Shown piece after piece: positions 12,330 to 25,870 of a DNA stretch of 64,000 bases; position 1 is the stretch's first letter, and the number at the start of each line of letters is the position of its first letter. Under the pieces are notes generated by a model. The model did not search any database. It had not been told where the DNA came from and saw nothing but the letters and a program-made list of their open reading frames with translations. Both the position numbers and the translations under genes were made by a program. The stretch spans positions 229,462,001-229,526,000 of the forward strand of contig OZ024741.1 in the NCBI GenBank assembly GCA_964016885.1, written 5' to 3'. The stretch is from Eledone cirrhosa (lineage: Eukaryota).

Positions 12330-13480
12330 CGCAGGTCTGCTCTACGAGTTTTACGTAGATATGTCAGACATGTTCTCCGATCTGCTCGTAGCGGTCTACT
12401 GGAACTGGCAGCAGAAGGGATTATTCCTAGTTCTGTGAGCCACGGCGTAGTAACGCTGATGAGGAAAGACGAGAAGAGGGATACATCAGAAACTTTGAGG
12501 CCCATAATTCTTCTAAACACAGAGTCTAAAATTTTAGCCAAGGTGTTAGCGAAGAGGATGGCGCTTATCGTCGAGGATTTGGTGGAGGAGGCGCAAACTT
12601 GCGCAATCTCGACCAGGTTCATACTCGACAACCTCCACCTCATGCGATACATCATAGAGAGGGTAGGGTGTAAACCTGGCTTTGATGGGGCTCTGATCAA
12701 TTTAGATCAGTCGAAAGCTTTTGATAGGGTCCGCCATCGACACCTGGAGGATGTCCTGAAGGCAGTTGGCTTCGGTCCCGTCTTCAGAGGTTGGATCGCT
12801 GCATTGCACAGCGGTATCTGCACGGAGGTCAAAGTTAATGGCCACCTTTCGGAACCGTTTCAGCCTTTACTGCGGAAGCTGGAGCTGTTGCAGGCATCCC
12901 ACTCGAACGCGGAAAGGCTGTGTCGGCTTATGCGAACATCATCACCCGTGATGGTGTCGGACACCTCAGAAATCGAGGAAGTCGGCAATTTTTTGGAGGA
13001 ATATGAATGGTTGACGGCACCTCGGCACCTGGAGAAGCCTTGGTCGGCTGCACGAGGCGCAAGTCACCCGGTTTGGATGGTCGAGGATTTGGTAGAAGAG
13101 GCGCAACATCACCGTGATGATGTCGGACACCTAGGAAATCGAGGTGATCGGCACCTTTTTGGAGGAATATGAATGGTTGACGGGAGCGAAACATAACCCA
13201 GAAAGTGGTGGGCTTGCAGCTCGGCACATGGAGAGGCAAGTCCATGCCGTCCAACTGCGTCGTCGGGCGCTGGACGGACCGGTAAATTTGCTCGGGGTTC
13301 GGTTCGGACCAGACCTCCAGGTGGATAAGAATTGGGACGAGGTGACGATCAGGGTAGCCACCCTCACCCAGTATTGGGCCGAGAGGCAGCTGTCCCTGAA
13401 AGCTCGGGCAGAGGTGGTGAACGCGTACATCGCGTCCGTCATCTACTACCACCTAACTGTTGTGCCTTGCTCCCGGGTCA
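12330..13480 (+). pseudogene. Rearranged Tx1/L1-clade RT fragment
   Basis: RPIILLNTESKILAKVLAKR, LDQSKAFDRV; homologous to ~15100-16200, with internal deletions and duplications. Confidence 0.9.
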
Positions 13481-13499
13481 AGAAGAGACCGAGACAAAG

Positions 13500-13675
13500 C
13501 CAATAATTTTGGGAGAGGGGAAAGTCAATTAAATTGACACCAATGCAATACTGGTGCTTTATTTTATCGACCCCGTAAGGATGAAAAGCAAAGCTAACCT
13601 CGCCGAGATTCGAACTCAGACCGTAATGGACCGCAAATCTATGCTTGCAAAGCATAGTGCCTGACACTCTTACCG
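13500..13675 (-). mobile_element. tRNA-type SINE
   Basis: Same core and B-box as other copies of the main SINE family. Confidence 0.85.
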
Positions 13676-14120
13676 TCAAGAAGGCCTGGAATGTCTATTT
13701 TACCGGGACCGGCAAAGTAGCCTCTTCCTATATTATATATATTTGTATAAATGCGTGTGTGCGTGTGTGTGCGTGTGTGTGTGCGTGTGTGTGTGTCCAT
13801 GCACGCACTAACACATCTTCATCGTTTCATTATATATAGAGAGAGAGGGGGAGTGAGACATAGATAGATATATTTTTTTATTTACCATAAAGGCAGGGAC
13901 ATTTACCAAAAAAGAAGGGACATTTACCAAAAAAGAAGGGACAAATACAAAGGGTGAGTTTACATAAAATCGAGTAAAAAGGGTATAAAATGAAAATAAT
14001 CGAAAACAACCTCAAAAGGGAGGGGACGTGATGGGGGTTGCACACACCCCCGAAAAAGTGTGCAATCCTTTGCCCGGGGAGAACATGGAGAAGGTGCTCC
14101 CCTCTCCTTCACTTCTTTAC

Positions 14121-17100
14121 CTACAGGATGGTATACAGAGAAGGCCCATTTACACGAGCCATTCTCGCCACTATCACCCACCTTTCATAAAACTGCCTGT
14201 GGCCAAGCACCTCTCTCTCTATTCTTATCCTTCTTCCGAAGTGATATCGGAAGAAGTAGACCAGACTATGGCCAGAGAGGAAGTTGCCTGACCTCAGACC
14301 TTTCAATCGTGTCCACCAAACAACCTCTTTCAACATGGCTATTACGCACAGAAAAACCGCCTTTGCTTCCTTTGTGAAGAGGGGAGGCGGCTTGAGTGTC
14401 ATCGCGGACTCGGCGGTCAATCGAATCGGTGCCACCCGCGACAGCAGTCGTTCGGCGTAGCCCCACAGATCAGCCACGCCCGGATATTGCACCAATGCGT
14501 GCGCAACGGTTTCTTCGTGACGCACGCATCTAGGGCAAATCTTTTTCGAGGGATCCCTGCCCGGGCGCCCGTGTCTGTAGAGCCTCTCTCGAACGGGTAG
14601 AGCCCCCCGGTAGCACTGCCAGGCTAGTAACTTCTGGAAGTTGTCCATTGGTCCCGGGCCGAAAGTCCTACCGAACAGGCTGGCCAGTTCGTCCTCTTCC
14701 ATGTCCAGCGACTCTCCAAGGGTGTCATCGCCCCTGCTAGCCACCAGCCCTCTATAGAATGATGAGGTGGATTCTCCACCGATGGCCTGGCCCGCTTGCC
14801 AGAGAGCCCTGAGCGCCTGGGCACACTCAGTGTGCCAGTCTCCCAGTTTTCCGGATCTTTGCTTGACCCAGGACTGCAGCTCGGTGAGCGAGACGAGTCT
14901 CGGAAAGGCTGGTATCACGAACGGAGCCCACACCGGTTGACCAGTGAGGAATACCTGTAGGTGCCGTAGCCTTAATGCGTGCCTACGCATCATCAACCAC
15001 GGCATCCCCAGCCCTCCTTTCGAAGGTTGTTGGCAGCAGATGGATCTTCTCACCATAGGAGGGCGCTTCTTTCACAAAGAAATTGGAAGAGCATGCGTTC
15101 CATGGTGGTGAGTGTTTCCTCTGGGCAAGGCACGACAGTCAGGCGGTAGTAAGTGACGGACGCTATGTAAATGTTCGCTACCTCCGCCCGACCTTTTAGG
15201 GACAGCTTACACTTGGCCCATTTCTGGGTTAGTGCAAACACCTTGTTCGTAACCTCGTCCCAGTTCTTTTCCACCTGGAGGTCCGGTCCAAACCAGACCC
15301 CAAGCAACTTCACCGGGCCCTCCGTCCAGTGTCCGACGACACCGTCGGGAGGCATCGGTCTGCCTCTCCACGTTCCGAGTTGCAGCCCGATGGATTTTTC
15401 CCGGTTCAGTTTCGCTCCTGACAACCTTTCGTAATCCTCCAGTAAGGTACCGATCGCCTCGATCTCCGAGTCGGTCGATACCATTACTGTTACGTCATCG
15501 GCGTAGGCCGACACCGCTTTGCTCAATCCTGGTTCCAGGGGGATACCCTGCAACAACTCCAACTTCCTCAGTAAAGGCTCGAAAGTCAATACGTACAGAA
15601 GGGAGGAGAGAGGGCACCCCCCTGTTGAATGGATCGTGTGATTTCGAACGGCTTCGAAAGGTAGCCGTTCACCTTGATCCTAGAACAGATGTGGTTGCTA
15701 TGTAAGGAAGTGATCCAGCCTCTCAAAACAGGACCGAACCCAGCCACCGTTCGCACCGCATCCAGGTAACCATGGTCGACCCTATCGAAGGCCTTAGACT
15801 GATCCAAGTTGATCAGGGCCCCACCGAAGCCGGGTTTATTGCTAACCCTCTCTATGATGTATCGCATGAGGTGGAGGTTATCGTGAATGGACCTGGATTG
15901 GATAGCACATGTCTGCGCATCTCCCACCAGGCCACCCACGACAAGCGCCAACCTTTTTGCTAATACCTTGGCCAAAATCTTTAACTCTGTGTTTAGCAGG
16001 GTTATGGGCTGAAAATTATATATACTATCCCCCTTGTTCTCGTCCTTCCTCACCAGCGAGACTACGCCCTTGGCTACAGAACAAGGAATTCTCCCGTTCT
16101 GCTGCCAATTGCAGTAGACCGCTTCGAGGAGTTCGGAGAAGAAGACCGGCATTGCTAAATAAAGTTCGTAAGGTATACCATCGAGACCTGGAGATTTGCG
16201 TCTGCTGCATTGGCTCAGCGCATCCCCGATCTCATCAGCCGAGATTGGTCCCTCGCAGGACTCTGCCTCTTCGCTCGAGAGACGCGGCAGGCCGTCGAGG
16301 TATGGACCGAAATCCACGTCCCCGCCCGGACCCTCGCCTACCCCGAATAATCGGGCAAAGTGCCTTTGAAAGGCCTCGAACATCTGTTTAGGCTCCCGGA
16401 TCACCCGTCCATCCTCGTCTTGCAAAGACCGGATGGTGGATCGATTTCCACTCTTAGCTTCTGTTACGCGGGCCCAGCCAACGGCTATGGCCCCCTCATT
16501 ACCCAGAGCACGTATTTTACTTCGAATGACGCAGCCTTCGTGCTTTGCATCGAAAAACTGGTTCAAGGCCGTCCTCGATGCCAGCACTCTGGCCACATCT
16601 TCGCTCTTGATTGCCTCTTCTAATTTACCTGTTAATTCTTTCTCGTTTCTATTCCTATCGGCAGCTAACATCTTGCTATAACTTATTGATTCTGTTCTAA
16701 TCTCTCTTTTGAGAGATGCCCACCATCGGTTGTTGACGATTGCACCCGTCAACCGCTCCTTAACTAATCTGCTAATCCGGTTTCTGTAAGTCTCTTTTGC
16801 TGGTAAAGACAAATTAGGTTTCCAGTAACCGGGACCCTGATTATGTGTTTTCTCGAGATTGACTACGCAGGTCACTAATTTGTGATCCGTATAGCCAACC
16901 GTGAGCATTTCTGGACATCTTAATATGTCCCTATCCTTACTTCTAACTAAGAATCTATCTAAGTACGATCTAGATTGACCACTGTGGTTCGTCCAAGTCC
17001 TGGTTGGCACAGTTGGAAAATCTAGTCGATATCTATCGACCAATTTAAAACGGTCGAGTAACCTCTTGAGGCTGTTACACCCCCCTCTATTAGGACATGC

Positions 17101-17562
17101 TCCTGCATAGTCCCAACGTGCATCTAGGATGTCATTCCAATCCCCCGCTAGAAGCAGGGAACGCGACGTTCCCAGAAAAGTCTCCAAACGCTGGAAGAAG
17201 TCGGGTCGTTCAGCTCCGAAAGGGGAGTAGACGGCGACCAGTCTCAAGGCCGCACCTTCACTACTGCCAACGTCTAGCACCAACAAACGACCCTCCGAGT
17301 CCGAGTGAACAACCTGTACGTCGAGACCCAGGTGTTTTTCCAGCAGTACGATAACCCCACCCCCACATCCAGGTTGACAGAGAGATGCATGCACCTCAAA
17401 GTCATCGAAGGTAGGGGCCAGCTGCCGCACGACGCTGATCCGAGTCTCACAGATAACCATTACATTTATACCACGTGATCTGAGGTCATTTAGAAGCTTT
17501 GCTTGCTTTCAAGTTGAGCCCAGGCCACGTGCATTCAAACATCCTACTCTTAACACATCCAT
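14121..17562 (-). pseudogene. Tx1-clade ORF2 (AP endonuclease + reverse transcriptase), frameshifted
   Basis: GCLNARG, ETR, AGDWN, SYLDRF, TDH; SPGLDG, LDQSKAFDRV, QGG.LSP, AYADD, CPRC..ET..H; breaks near 17510, 15586 and 15050. Confidence 0.93.
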
Positions 17563-17829
17563 GTGGGCGGCAAAGCCAAAGGAGAGTGTAGAGACCTACC
17601 TTTCTGCTTCCCGGGGTTCGGTTCGCACGACTTCCATGGGGCCGGGGTGTTGGGTGAAGGGGTGTCTTGTGGTGGTGTGGGGTCGTCAGTGTGTGGTGGT
17701 GTTGGGGTGTTTGGAGTTGTGTTGGGGAGGGGAAGGGGAGGGGGAAAGCTTTTTAGTAGGACGCGGTTTATGGGTTTGACAGAGGGTGGTCCTACGTCCT
17801 CCTTAAAATCCTTTTTTAGTTTTTGGTAG

Positions 17830-19542
17830 AGGTTCATTGGCATCTTTATTCATTTTAAATGTGGGTAGTTTTCTGAAGATACAAAGTTTACACCTTCGGT
17901 TTGTACCGAAGGATTATTGTTTATGAGTTCATTTAATTTATTATTGTTTCTGTTGATGTAAGTATAGTGTAATGTCTTTTTTTCGGATGGTGTGAGTGTT
18001 TCGAAGAGGGGGGGGGGGGGCAGGTTTGGTTTTGTTTGTTGCTGGAGGGGTGTTTTGTGTTTTGTTGGATTGTGTTGACATTTGGGTAGGGGTCGTTTGG
18101 CCTTGTGTGTTTTGCACATGTTTTCTTTTTTTCCTTTTAATCTGTCTGAAGGACACCGTTTCTTCCTCCGAATTCGTTGGGTTATCTTCAGTGTTGGAGG
18201 GAAGAGGTATGTTTGCTGGTAATGTTTCCGTGTTGGTTTTCTTTGTGGGGGAGATGGATGTCACTATGTTAGACTGTGTTGTGTGTTGTGGCTGCGGTGG
18301 TTGTGTTGTTTTATTGAGTGAGGGGTTGGGTGGGACTGTATTTTGTTTTTGGGTAATGTGTTGTGACTGTTTGTGTTGTGGTGGTGGTGTAGTTTTACTG
18401 AGGGACGGGTTGGGTGGGACTGAGTTTTGTTGTTTGTTTATCTGTTGTGGTGGTGGTGGAGCTGGTGTTGGTAGCAGGGTTTTCTTTTTGTTGAGTTGGG
18501 GACAAGCCGCCTTCAGGTGCCCTCTGCCTGCACAGATATGACAGGACGGCCTTCTCCCCTCCACGCTAATGTTTATATACCCGTGGCCCTCTAATAGGAT
18601 TCTGTCGGGTATTTGGGCGATGCGTTCAGGCTTCATTTGCCCTACAAGTTCTATACCTGTTCCACTGAACGCATTGCCTGTGGTTTTCCCAATGGAAATC
18701 ACGTTGTCATCTGCTGGATCGATGAAGCCAGCTATGAGCCAGCAGTAGTCCACATCTGGCATCATTGCATCCAGCCATATGCGCTGAGTTCTTTTACCCA
18801 TATAAGATGGATAAAAGGTAAAATTTGTCGAACGAATCGGTGACAAAACACATTTTTTTTGCCGCCGATTCGTTCTTCATAATAATCGCTAGGCTTCCAT
18901 ACAGTCTGTCTCTCCTTATGAAAGTGGTTTCATGAAGTACTTCTGTAAGTACTTCTTTGATTTCTGTTTGTGTTGGCTGTTGATGTTTTTTAGAAATGTT
19001 GTTGATGGTGCGGAAAACGACCGTCCGACTTTCAATGTCTGGTGAGTTCTTGAGGCATTTTTACCGATAAAATACCATTTTCCCCTTCAGTTATGTATTG
19101 TTTGGCGTCTGTAATTCTTTGTGCCACATCTGAAATATTTTCAGGTATATATGTCAAAGATTTCTTTGTTGTTTGTGCAAATGAAATGTTATTGGTGTTG
19201 ACTTTGTCGTCTGCTTTGCTTTCTGTTATGATGTTGTTTTCAAATGTTATTTTTGTGTTTGTCGTGTCTTTGTTTGTGGTATTAATATTGTCATGCAATT
19301 TTTCAAATTTTTTTTTTACGTTGTTGGAATTAGTGTCCAGATTTGTGTTTTCGTTATTTTTTTCCGCAGATTCGTCTGTTTTTATTTTATTTTTTCTTTC
19401 CTTCTCTATGACGTTAGTTGGGAAGGAAGGGGGGACTAAAGCGTGCGAGCTTACAACTCATACCGCTGTCCCCCCACCACTATTTTCGTTAGCTTCGTTT
19501 AACATTTCTGTCAGACGATTGAAATTTTTTATGCCACAACAT
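17830..19542 (-). pseudogene. Tx1-clade ORF1 (zinc-knuckle nucleic-acid-binding protein), disrupted
   Basis: VEGRRPSCHICAGRGHLKAACP followed by a Pro/Thr/Gln-rich tail; upstream of ORF2. Confidence 0.8.
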
Positions 19543-19753
19543 TTTTAAAAACAGGTTTTTCACCCCTGGGAGGGGCAAAAATGAGCTGACCCACCGCCTG
19601 ACAGTTCAGACGGAGGGTCAAGCTACACAATAGTATCAAAATTAAAATTGAACTTACAAAATTTCCGCAATAAATTTGAACAAAACTTCTGCGCGAAGTG
19701 AATTACATCTACGCTGTAGAACAGACGACAGCTAGATTTGTGAGACATAGATA

Positions 19754-21218
19754 TATTTCTTTATTAGCCACAGGGGCACAAAAGAAGGGGACAAATACAA
19801 AGGGGGAAGTTTACATACAATAAAAACGTGTAAAATGTTATCACAAATGGAATTTAAAAAGTTAGTCGATTTTCCCCAATAGAGGGAGACAGTTTATATG
19901 GGTAACACATACCCCCGAAAAAAAATGTGCAACCCTCATCTCCAGGAGTACGAAGAGCTTGTACTCCTTTCCTCTCCTCCTCCTTTTCCTCAACCTACAG
20001 CCTGATATAGAGAGAAGGCCCATTCACTCGGGCCATTCTCGCCACTTTCACCCACCTTTCATAAAACTTGCTGGGGTACAGCACCTCTCTCTCCATCCTG
20101 ATTCTTCTTCTGAAGTGGTATTTGAAAGAAAGAATCAGTTGTTGGCCGGAGAGAAAGGTGTCTGACCTCAGCCCTTTCAACCTTGTCCACCATACAACCT
20201 CTTTCGCCATAGCTATCACACAAAGGAAAACCGCCTCTCCTTCGTTTTTGAAGGAGGGTGGCGGTTTGATCATGACAATGGACTCGGTGGTCAACTGGAT
20301 TGGTCCCACCCGCGACAATAGTCGTTCTACATAGCCCCACAGGTCAGTGACGCCCGGGCAGTGTATGAATGCGTGCGCGACGGTTTCTTCGTCTCGCACG
20401 CACCTCGGACAGATCTTTTTTGCAGGGTCCCTGCCCGGGCGCCCATGTCTGTAGAGCTTGTCTCGAACTGGTAGAGCTCCTCGGTAGCACTGCCAGGCCA
20501 GGGACTTTTGGAAGTTGTCCATCGGTCCCGGGCGGAAGGTCCTACCGAACAGACTGGCCAGTTCATCTTCCTCTACGCCTAGAGTTTCACCGAGCGCGTC
20601 GTCGCACTTGCTGCGGACCAACCCTCTATAGAATGACGAAGTGGAGTCTCCACTGATCGCCGGGTCCGCCTGCCAGAGGGCTGTGAGCGCCTGAGCACAT
20701 TCGATGTGCCAGTCGCCCATTTTCCTCGGTCTTTGCTTGACCCAGGACTGCAGCTCGGTCAGCGAGACGAGTCGTGGGAAGGCTCGCCTCACGAACGGGG
20801 CCCACACCGGTTGTCCGGTGAGGAATACGTAGAGATGCCGCAGCCTGAACGTGTGTTTGCGCATCGTCAACCACGGCATCCCCAGCCCTCCGTTAGAAGG
20901 GTGTTGGCAGCAGATGGATCTTCTCACCAAAGGAGCCCGCCTCTTCCAAAGGAATCGGAAGAGCGCGCGCTCCATTTTGGCGAGCGTTTTGGCTGGACAA
21001 GGCACGACGGTCAAGCGGTAATAGATGGCGGACGCTATAAAAGTGTTCGCCACCTCCGCTCGACCTTTCAAGGATAGTTTGCACTCGGCCCACTTCTGGG
21101 TGAGTGCAAACACCTTGGCCGTCACTTCGTTCCAGTTCTTCTCCAGCTGGAGGTCCGGACCAAACCAGACCCCGAGCAGCTTTACCGGTCCTTCTGTCCA
21201 GCGTTCGACGACGATTTA
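19754..21218 (-). mobile_element. 5'-truncated second Tx1-clade copy (diverged subfamily)
   Basis: ORF 19995-21125 is homologous to ~14121-15250; bounded by the same 14-bp TSD at 19740 and 21219. Confidence 0.92.
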
Positions 21219-21454
21219 GTGAGACATAGATAGATAGATAGATAGGTAGATAAATAGATAATTGTTTCTACTTTAGGCACAAGGCCAGCAATTACCCAGT
21301 GCATTACTGGTACTTTATTTTATCGACCCCGTAAGGATGAAAGGCAAATAGATAGATAATGTAAACAGGAAGGAAGATACAATGTTTTGAGACAATTGTA
21401 CTGTTGTCAGGTATTATTTCGATATATATATATATGTATATGTGTGTGTATGTA

Positions 21455-21533
<79 letters not shown>

Positions 21534-21777
21534 CATACATTCACATATACATATACACACACACAGAGTCATATACACACAAGTAGACGGTGCGCACACA
21601 ATTTCCATGGACTACTGTTGAAAATACAATATCAAGAGTGAATGAAGGTGTGTGAAAAGCCAGTGTGTCTACTACCCAGGTAATAACAGCACAACACAGT
21701 TGACTACAAACAATGGCAAGCTGTAGTCTATTAAGAAGGTGTACCTCACAATATGACTGGGGTTGATATGACTAGCA

Positions 21778-22320
21778 TCAGCCACACCAATGTCGCTGCG
21801 GTTCCACCGTGGACTCTTTCGGCCTCCACCCGCTTTCCTGTCGCCACAGTGTCGGCCGCATTCCACGCCATGCTGCCATCAACGAGGTCATTAAGCATGA
21901 CTTGGATGCTGCAGGCTACCCTTCCCAGCTCGAGCCGGTGGGGCTGGATCGAGGGGATGACAAAATGCCAGATGGCATGACCATGTTCCCGTTCCGCGGT
22001 GGCAAACTCCTCGTCTGGGATGCCACTTGCACCGACACTTTCTGCAGCCGCAAACTGGTGCAGTCTGTGACTGACCCAGGTTCTGCTGCACGTCGGGCTG
22101 AGGGGGCCAAACTCCTCAAATACTGGTCACTCTCCGACGGGTTTGCGGTCGTACCCCTGGCAGTGGAGCCGTCTGGTGTCCTCGGTCCCAGGGCTACCTC
22201 CTTACTCACCACCATAGGCGCTGAGCTGGCCAGCCGCAGGTGTGAGCCCTGCCATCCTCCGGGGAAACGCCTTCTTCATTCTGTCCGCCGGGGCTGTGAG
22301 TGGGCCCAATCGCGTACCGT
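21778..22320 (+). pseudogene. CRE-like REL endonuclease fragment (copy of ~357-930)
   Basis: High nucleotide similarity to the first copy, with an internal deletion. Confidence 0.88.
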
Positions 22321-22637
22321 TGTAGTTGTTGTAGAAGAAACAGGAAGACAACAATTGGAAAGTTTGATTTTCTAGAACTTGAGTTTTGCTTAGTATTTCG
22401 ATATTAAGTTTATCTACATAAGTACTATATTAGCTGCTGCTAATTGTATAGCTGCAAACAACTGTAATAATTAACTCTGTCAGATTTTTCAGCTGCTTAA
22501 TACAACTTTCCCTGAGTCTACCTGTATACGTATTTTCACTTGCTATCTAATACCTTTGTTCAAGTGTGTGATGGTTGATTGACCAGAGATAAATTGGAAG
22601 ATTTGTAAAATAGAGGATTATAGTTAACATACTTCAT

Positions 22638-22638
22638 T

Positions 22639-22679
<41 letters not shown>

Positions 22680-22745
22680 GGTGGTAGTGGTGGTGGTGGT
22701 GGTGGGGTGGTAGTAGTAGTAGTGGTGGTAGTAGTAGTAGTGGTG

Positions 22746-22796
<51 letters not shown>

Positions 22797-22897
22797 TTGG
22801 TGCTAGTGGTGGTGGTGATGGTGGTGGTGGTAGTAGTAGTAATAGTAGTAGTAGTAGTAGTAGTAGTAGTAGCAGTAGCAACAGCAGCAGCAGCAGT
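22638..22897. repeat. (TAG)n/(TGG)n microsatellite
   Basis: Simple repeat seen directly. Confidence 0.95.
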
Positions 22898-22993
22898 ATG
22901 ATAATATAACTTATAGGTATTTCGACCCCATTCTAACTTGTTTTCATAAATGAGGGAGAAAAAGATACTCACGCACACACACATACACCCACC

Positions 22994-23032
<39 letters not shown>

Positions 23033-23035
<3 letters not shown>

Positions 23036-23245
23036 GTATAAAAAACAACACAATATAATTACCTCATTTTGCCTCGCCCGACGAACAAATGAAGACGTTT
23101 CTTTCGTATTCGTCTTATTCGGGAAACCTCTGGTAATGAGGTAATTATATTGTGTTGTTTTTTATACATTAAATTTTGCTCTGGTACTTACATAGAGCAC
23201 TCTTCACTCCTTTGACTTTTTCTTTTTCAACGGAAACTTCAATAC
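23033..23245 (+). mobile_element. Short fold-back element with degenerate hammerhead (23072-23141)
   Basis: 36-bp inverted repeat 23033-23068 / 23135-23170; CCTCGC-CCGACGA..AAGACG/CGTCTT..GAAA-CC TCT GG-TA^ATGAGG; downstream flank similar to 43874-43950. Confidence 0.65.
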
Positions 23246-23407
23246 TTATATATATATATATATATATAAAATATGTAGTTTAGAAAGCCACAACAATGCA
23301 GATGGGAAATCTCGAGGTAGGAAGTGAGTGAGAAATAGGAGAAAAGTGAAAATTGAGAGAAACGAAAATGAAAACAAAACAAAGGTAGAAGGGTTACCGT
23401 AGTGGAG

Positions 23408-23475
<68 letters not shown>

Positions 23476-23478
<3 letters not shown>

Positions 23479-24373
23479 CGTTTCTGAATTTGTTTAGCAA
23501 GATTCTTTATCTGAAAACGTGTGTTGAAACCGATATTGTTATACTTTGGGAGGGTCATGTTGCCAATAAGAAACACACGCACCAGTTGCTTTCACTTCAA
23601 TTTATTATAATAAATTTATAAATTTAGGAATTTATAAATTTCTGGTTGGTTGGTTGTTTCCACAACCAGATAGTTGTTTATATATTGTCAAAGTTCTTTC
23701 GTCACACATTCTGTGACCTCTTCAGTGACTGGGGATTCTTTTCTTTGTTTTTTGTGCCTCTCCTTTGTTCTGTCCTACGCCATCTTGTTTTTATGTGTGT
23801 GCTGTGTGCTTAGTTTACGCATGTGTTACATCCGGGTGTCTGTGTGTGTTTATATTCGTTTATTTATTTGTTTATTTACATGTTACTGGTTGGTTGTTTG
23901 TTCTATGCGCGTGTGTGTTTTCATTTTGTCTTTAATTGTAAGTTGTGATGTTGCTGTTCCACTCAACTTACAATTAAGGACAAAATGAAAACACACACGC
24001 ACATAGAACAAACAACCAACCGGTAACATGTAAATAAACAAATAAATAAACGAATATAAACACACACAGACACCCGGATGTGCCGCATGCGCAGACTGAG
24101 CACACAACACACACACAGAAACAAAATGGCGTAGGACAGAACAAAGGAGAGGCACAAAAACAAAAAACAAAAATCCCCAGTCACTGAAGGGTTACAGAAT
24201 GTGTGACGAAAGAACTTTGACAATATATAAACAACTATCTGGTTGTGGAACCAACCAACCAACCAGAAATTTATATATTCCTAAATTTATAAATTTATTA
24301 TAATAAATTGAAGTGAAAGCAACTGGTGCGTGTGCTTCTTATTGGCAACATGACCCTCCCAAAGTATAACAAT
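23476..24373. mobile_element. Palindromic pair of PLE pseudo-LTRs with no coding body
   Basis: 23476-23965 is inverted relative to 23966-24373; same family as 61188-62907; HHRs at 23687-23730 (-) and 24179-24221 (+, damaged); (TA)n flanks. Confidence 0.9.
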
Positions 24374-24384
24374 ATATATATATA

Positions 24385-24462
<78 letters not shown>

Positions 24463-24796
24463 AATTTTATATAGAAATGGCTTCTACAGGAAAACCCTGA
24501 TGATTTATTTCGAATGAAACAGTTCTAATCCTGTAGAAGCCACTTCTATATAAAATTTGAAACACACACATACACACACATACACATATTTTTTTTCCAC
24601 ACGTGTATTTATTTATTTAAACACGACTATATGAAGCATGACTATAATAAGCCTACAGGAGACATGGTGGTGTTGGTGACTGTGGCGGTATTATGCTGAA
24701 GTTTAAAAGAAAAAAAGGGTTAATAAAAGAAAAGAAACTATTGATACACTACTATGAATGGTTGCTATTACGGTTGTTATTATTGTTACTGTTGTC

Positions 24797-25870
24797 TTCA
24801 AGAGCGGTGGATTGGCAGTATCAGTAGAGGGTCGGGCGCCATGCTTTCATCCTTATGGGGTCGATAAAATAAAGTACCAGTAACGTACTGGGTCGATTTA
24901 ATCGACTTTCCTCTCCCCCAAATTACTGGCCTTGTGCTTCTACTAGAAATCATTATTATTAATGGCGGAGGATTGGCAGTATCGGTAGAGGGTCGGACGC
25001 CATGCTTTGAAACATGGAGTTACGGCCCTTTCCATTCTAAGTTCAAATCCAGCCGAGGTTAACTCTGCCTTTCATCTTTACGGGGTCGATAAAATAAAGT
25101 ACCAGTAATGTACTGTGTAATTGCTGGCCTTGTGCCAAAAGTAGAAACAATTATTATTACTGTTGTCTTCAAGGGCGGTAGATTGGCAGTTTCGGTAGAG
25201 CGTCGGACATCATGCTTTACACCATAGAGTTACGGTACTTTACGGTCTGATTTCAAATCCCACCGAGGTTAACTTTGCCTTTCATTCTAATGGGTTTCGA
25301 CAAAATAAAGTACCAGTCATGCACTGAAGTCGATTTAATCGGCTTCCTCTTTCCCAAAACATTATTGGCCTTGTGCCTATAGTAGAAATCATTTTTATTA
25401 CTGTTGCCTTCATGGGGGGGGGGGATTGACAGTATAGGTAGAGCGTCAGGCACCTTGCTTTGCAGCATAGAGTTTTGACTCTTTACGTTCTGAGTTCAAA
25501 TCCTGCCGAACTTGGCTTTGCCTTTCATCATTATGGGGTCGATAAAATAAAGCACCAGTAACATACTGGGTCGACTTAATCGACTTCCCCCTACCCCCAA
25601 ATCGTTCATTCTTCGCCAAAATCAGAAACAATTATTACTATTACTTTCAAGGGCGGTGAATTGGCAGAATCGGTTGAGCGTCAGACACCATGCTTTGCTG
25701 TATAAAGTTATGGCTTTTACGTTCTGAGTTCAAATGCCGCCGAGCTTAGCCTTGCTTTTCTTTCTTACAGGATCGGTAAAATAAAGCACCAGTTACGCAT
25801 TGGGGCCGATTTAATCGACTTTTCCCTTCCCATCAAATTGCTGGCCTTGTGCCAGATGAAGGACAATTAT
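24797..25870 (+). mobile_element. Head-to-tail array of about five tRNA-type SINEs
   Basis: Repeated A-box (TGGCAGtATCGG), B-box (GAGTTCAAATCC), GCCTTTCATC..GGGTCGATAAAATAAAGTACCAG core and (TTA)n tails. Confidence 0.9.

Larger units (their letters stand above)
13867..19739 (-). mobile_element. Near full-length Tx1/L1-clade non-LTR retrotransposon
   Basis: 5' UTR, ORF1 with CCHC knuckle, ORF2 APE-RT-Cys domain, 3' UTR ending in AATAAA; TSD GTGAGACATAGATA at 13853-13866 and 19740-19753. Confidence 0.92.

Noticed and set aside
24797-25870. A-box/B-box motifs as tRNA genes
   Set aside because: No cloverleaf; they are SINE heads followed by the SINE core and tail
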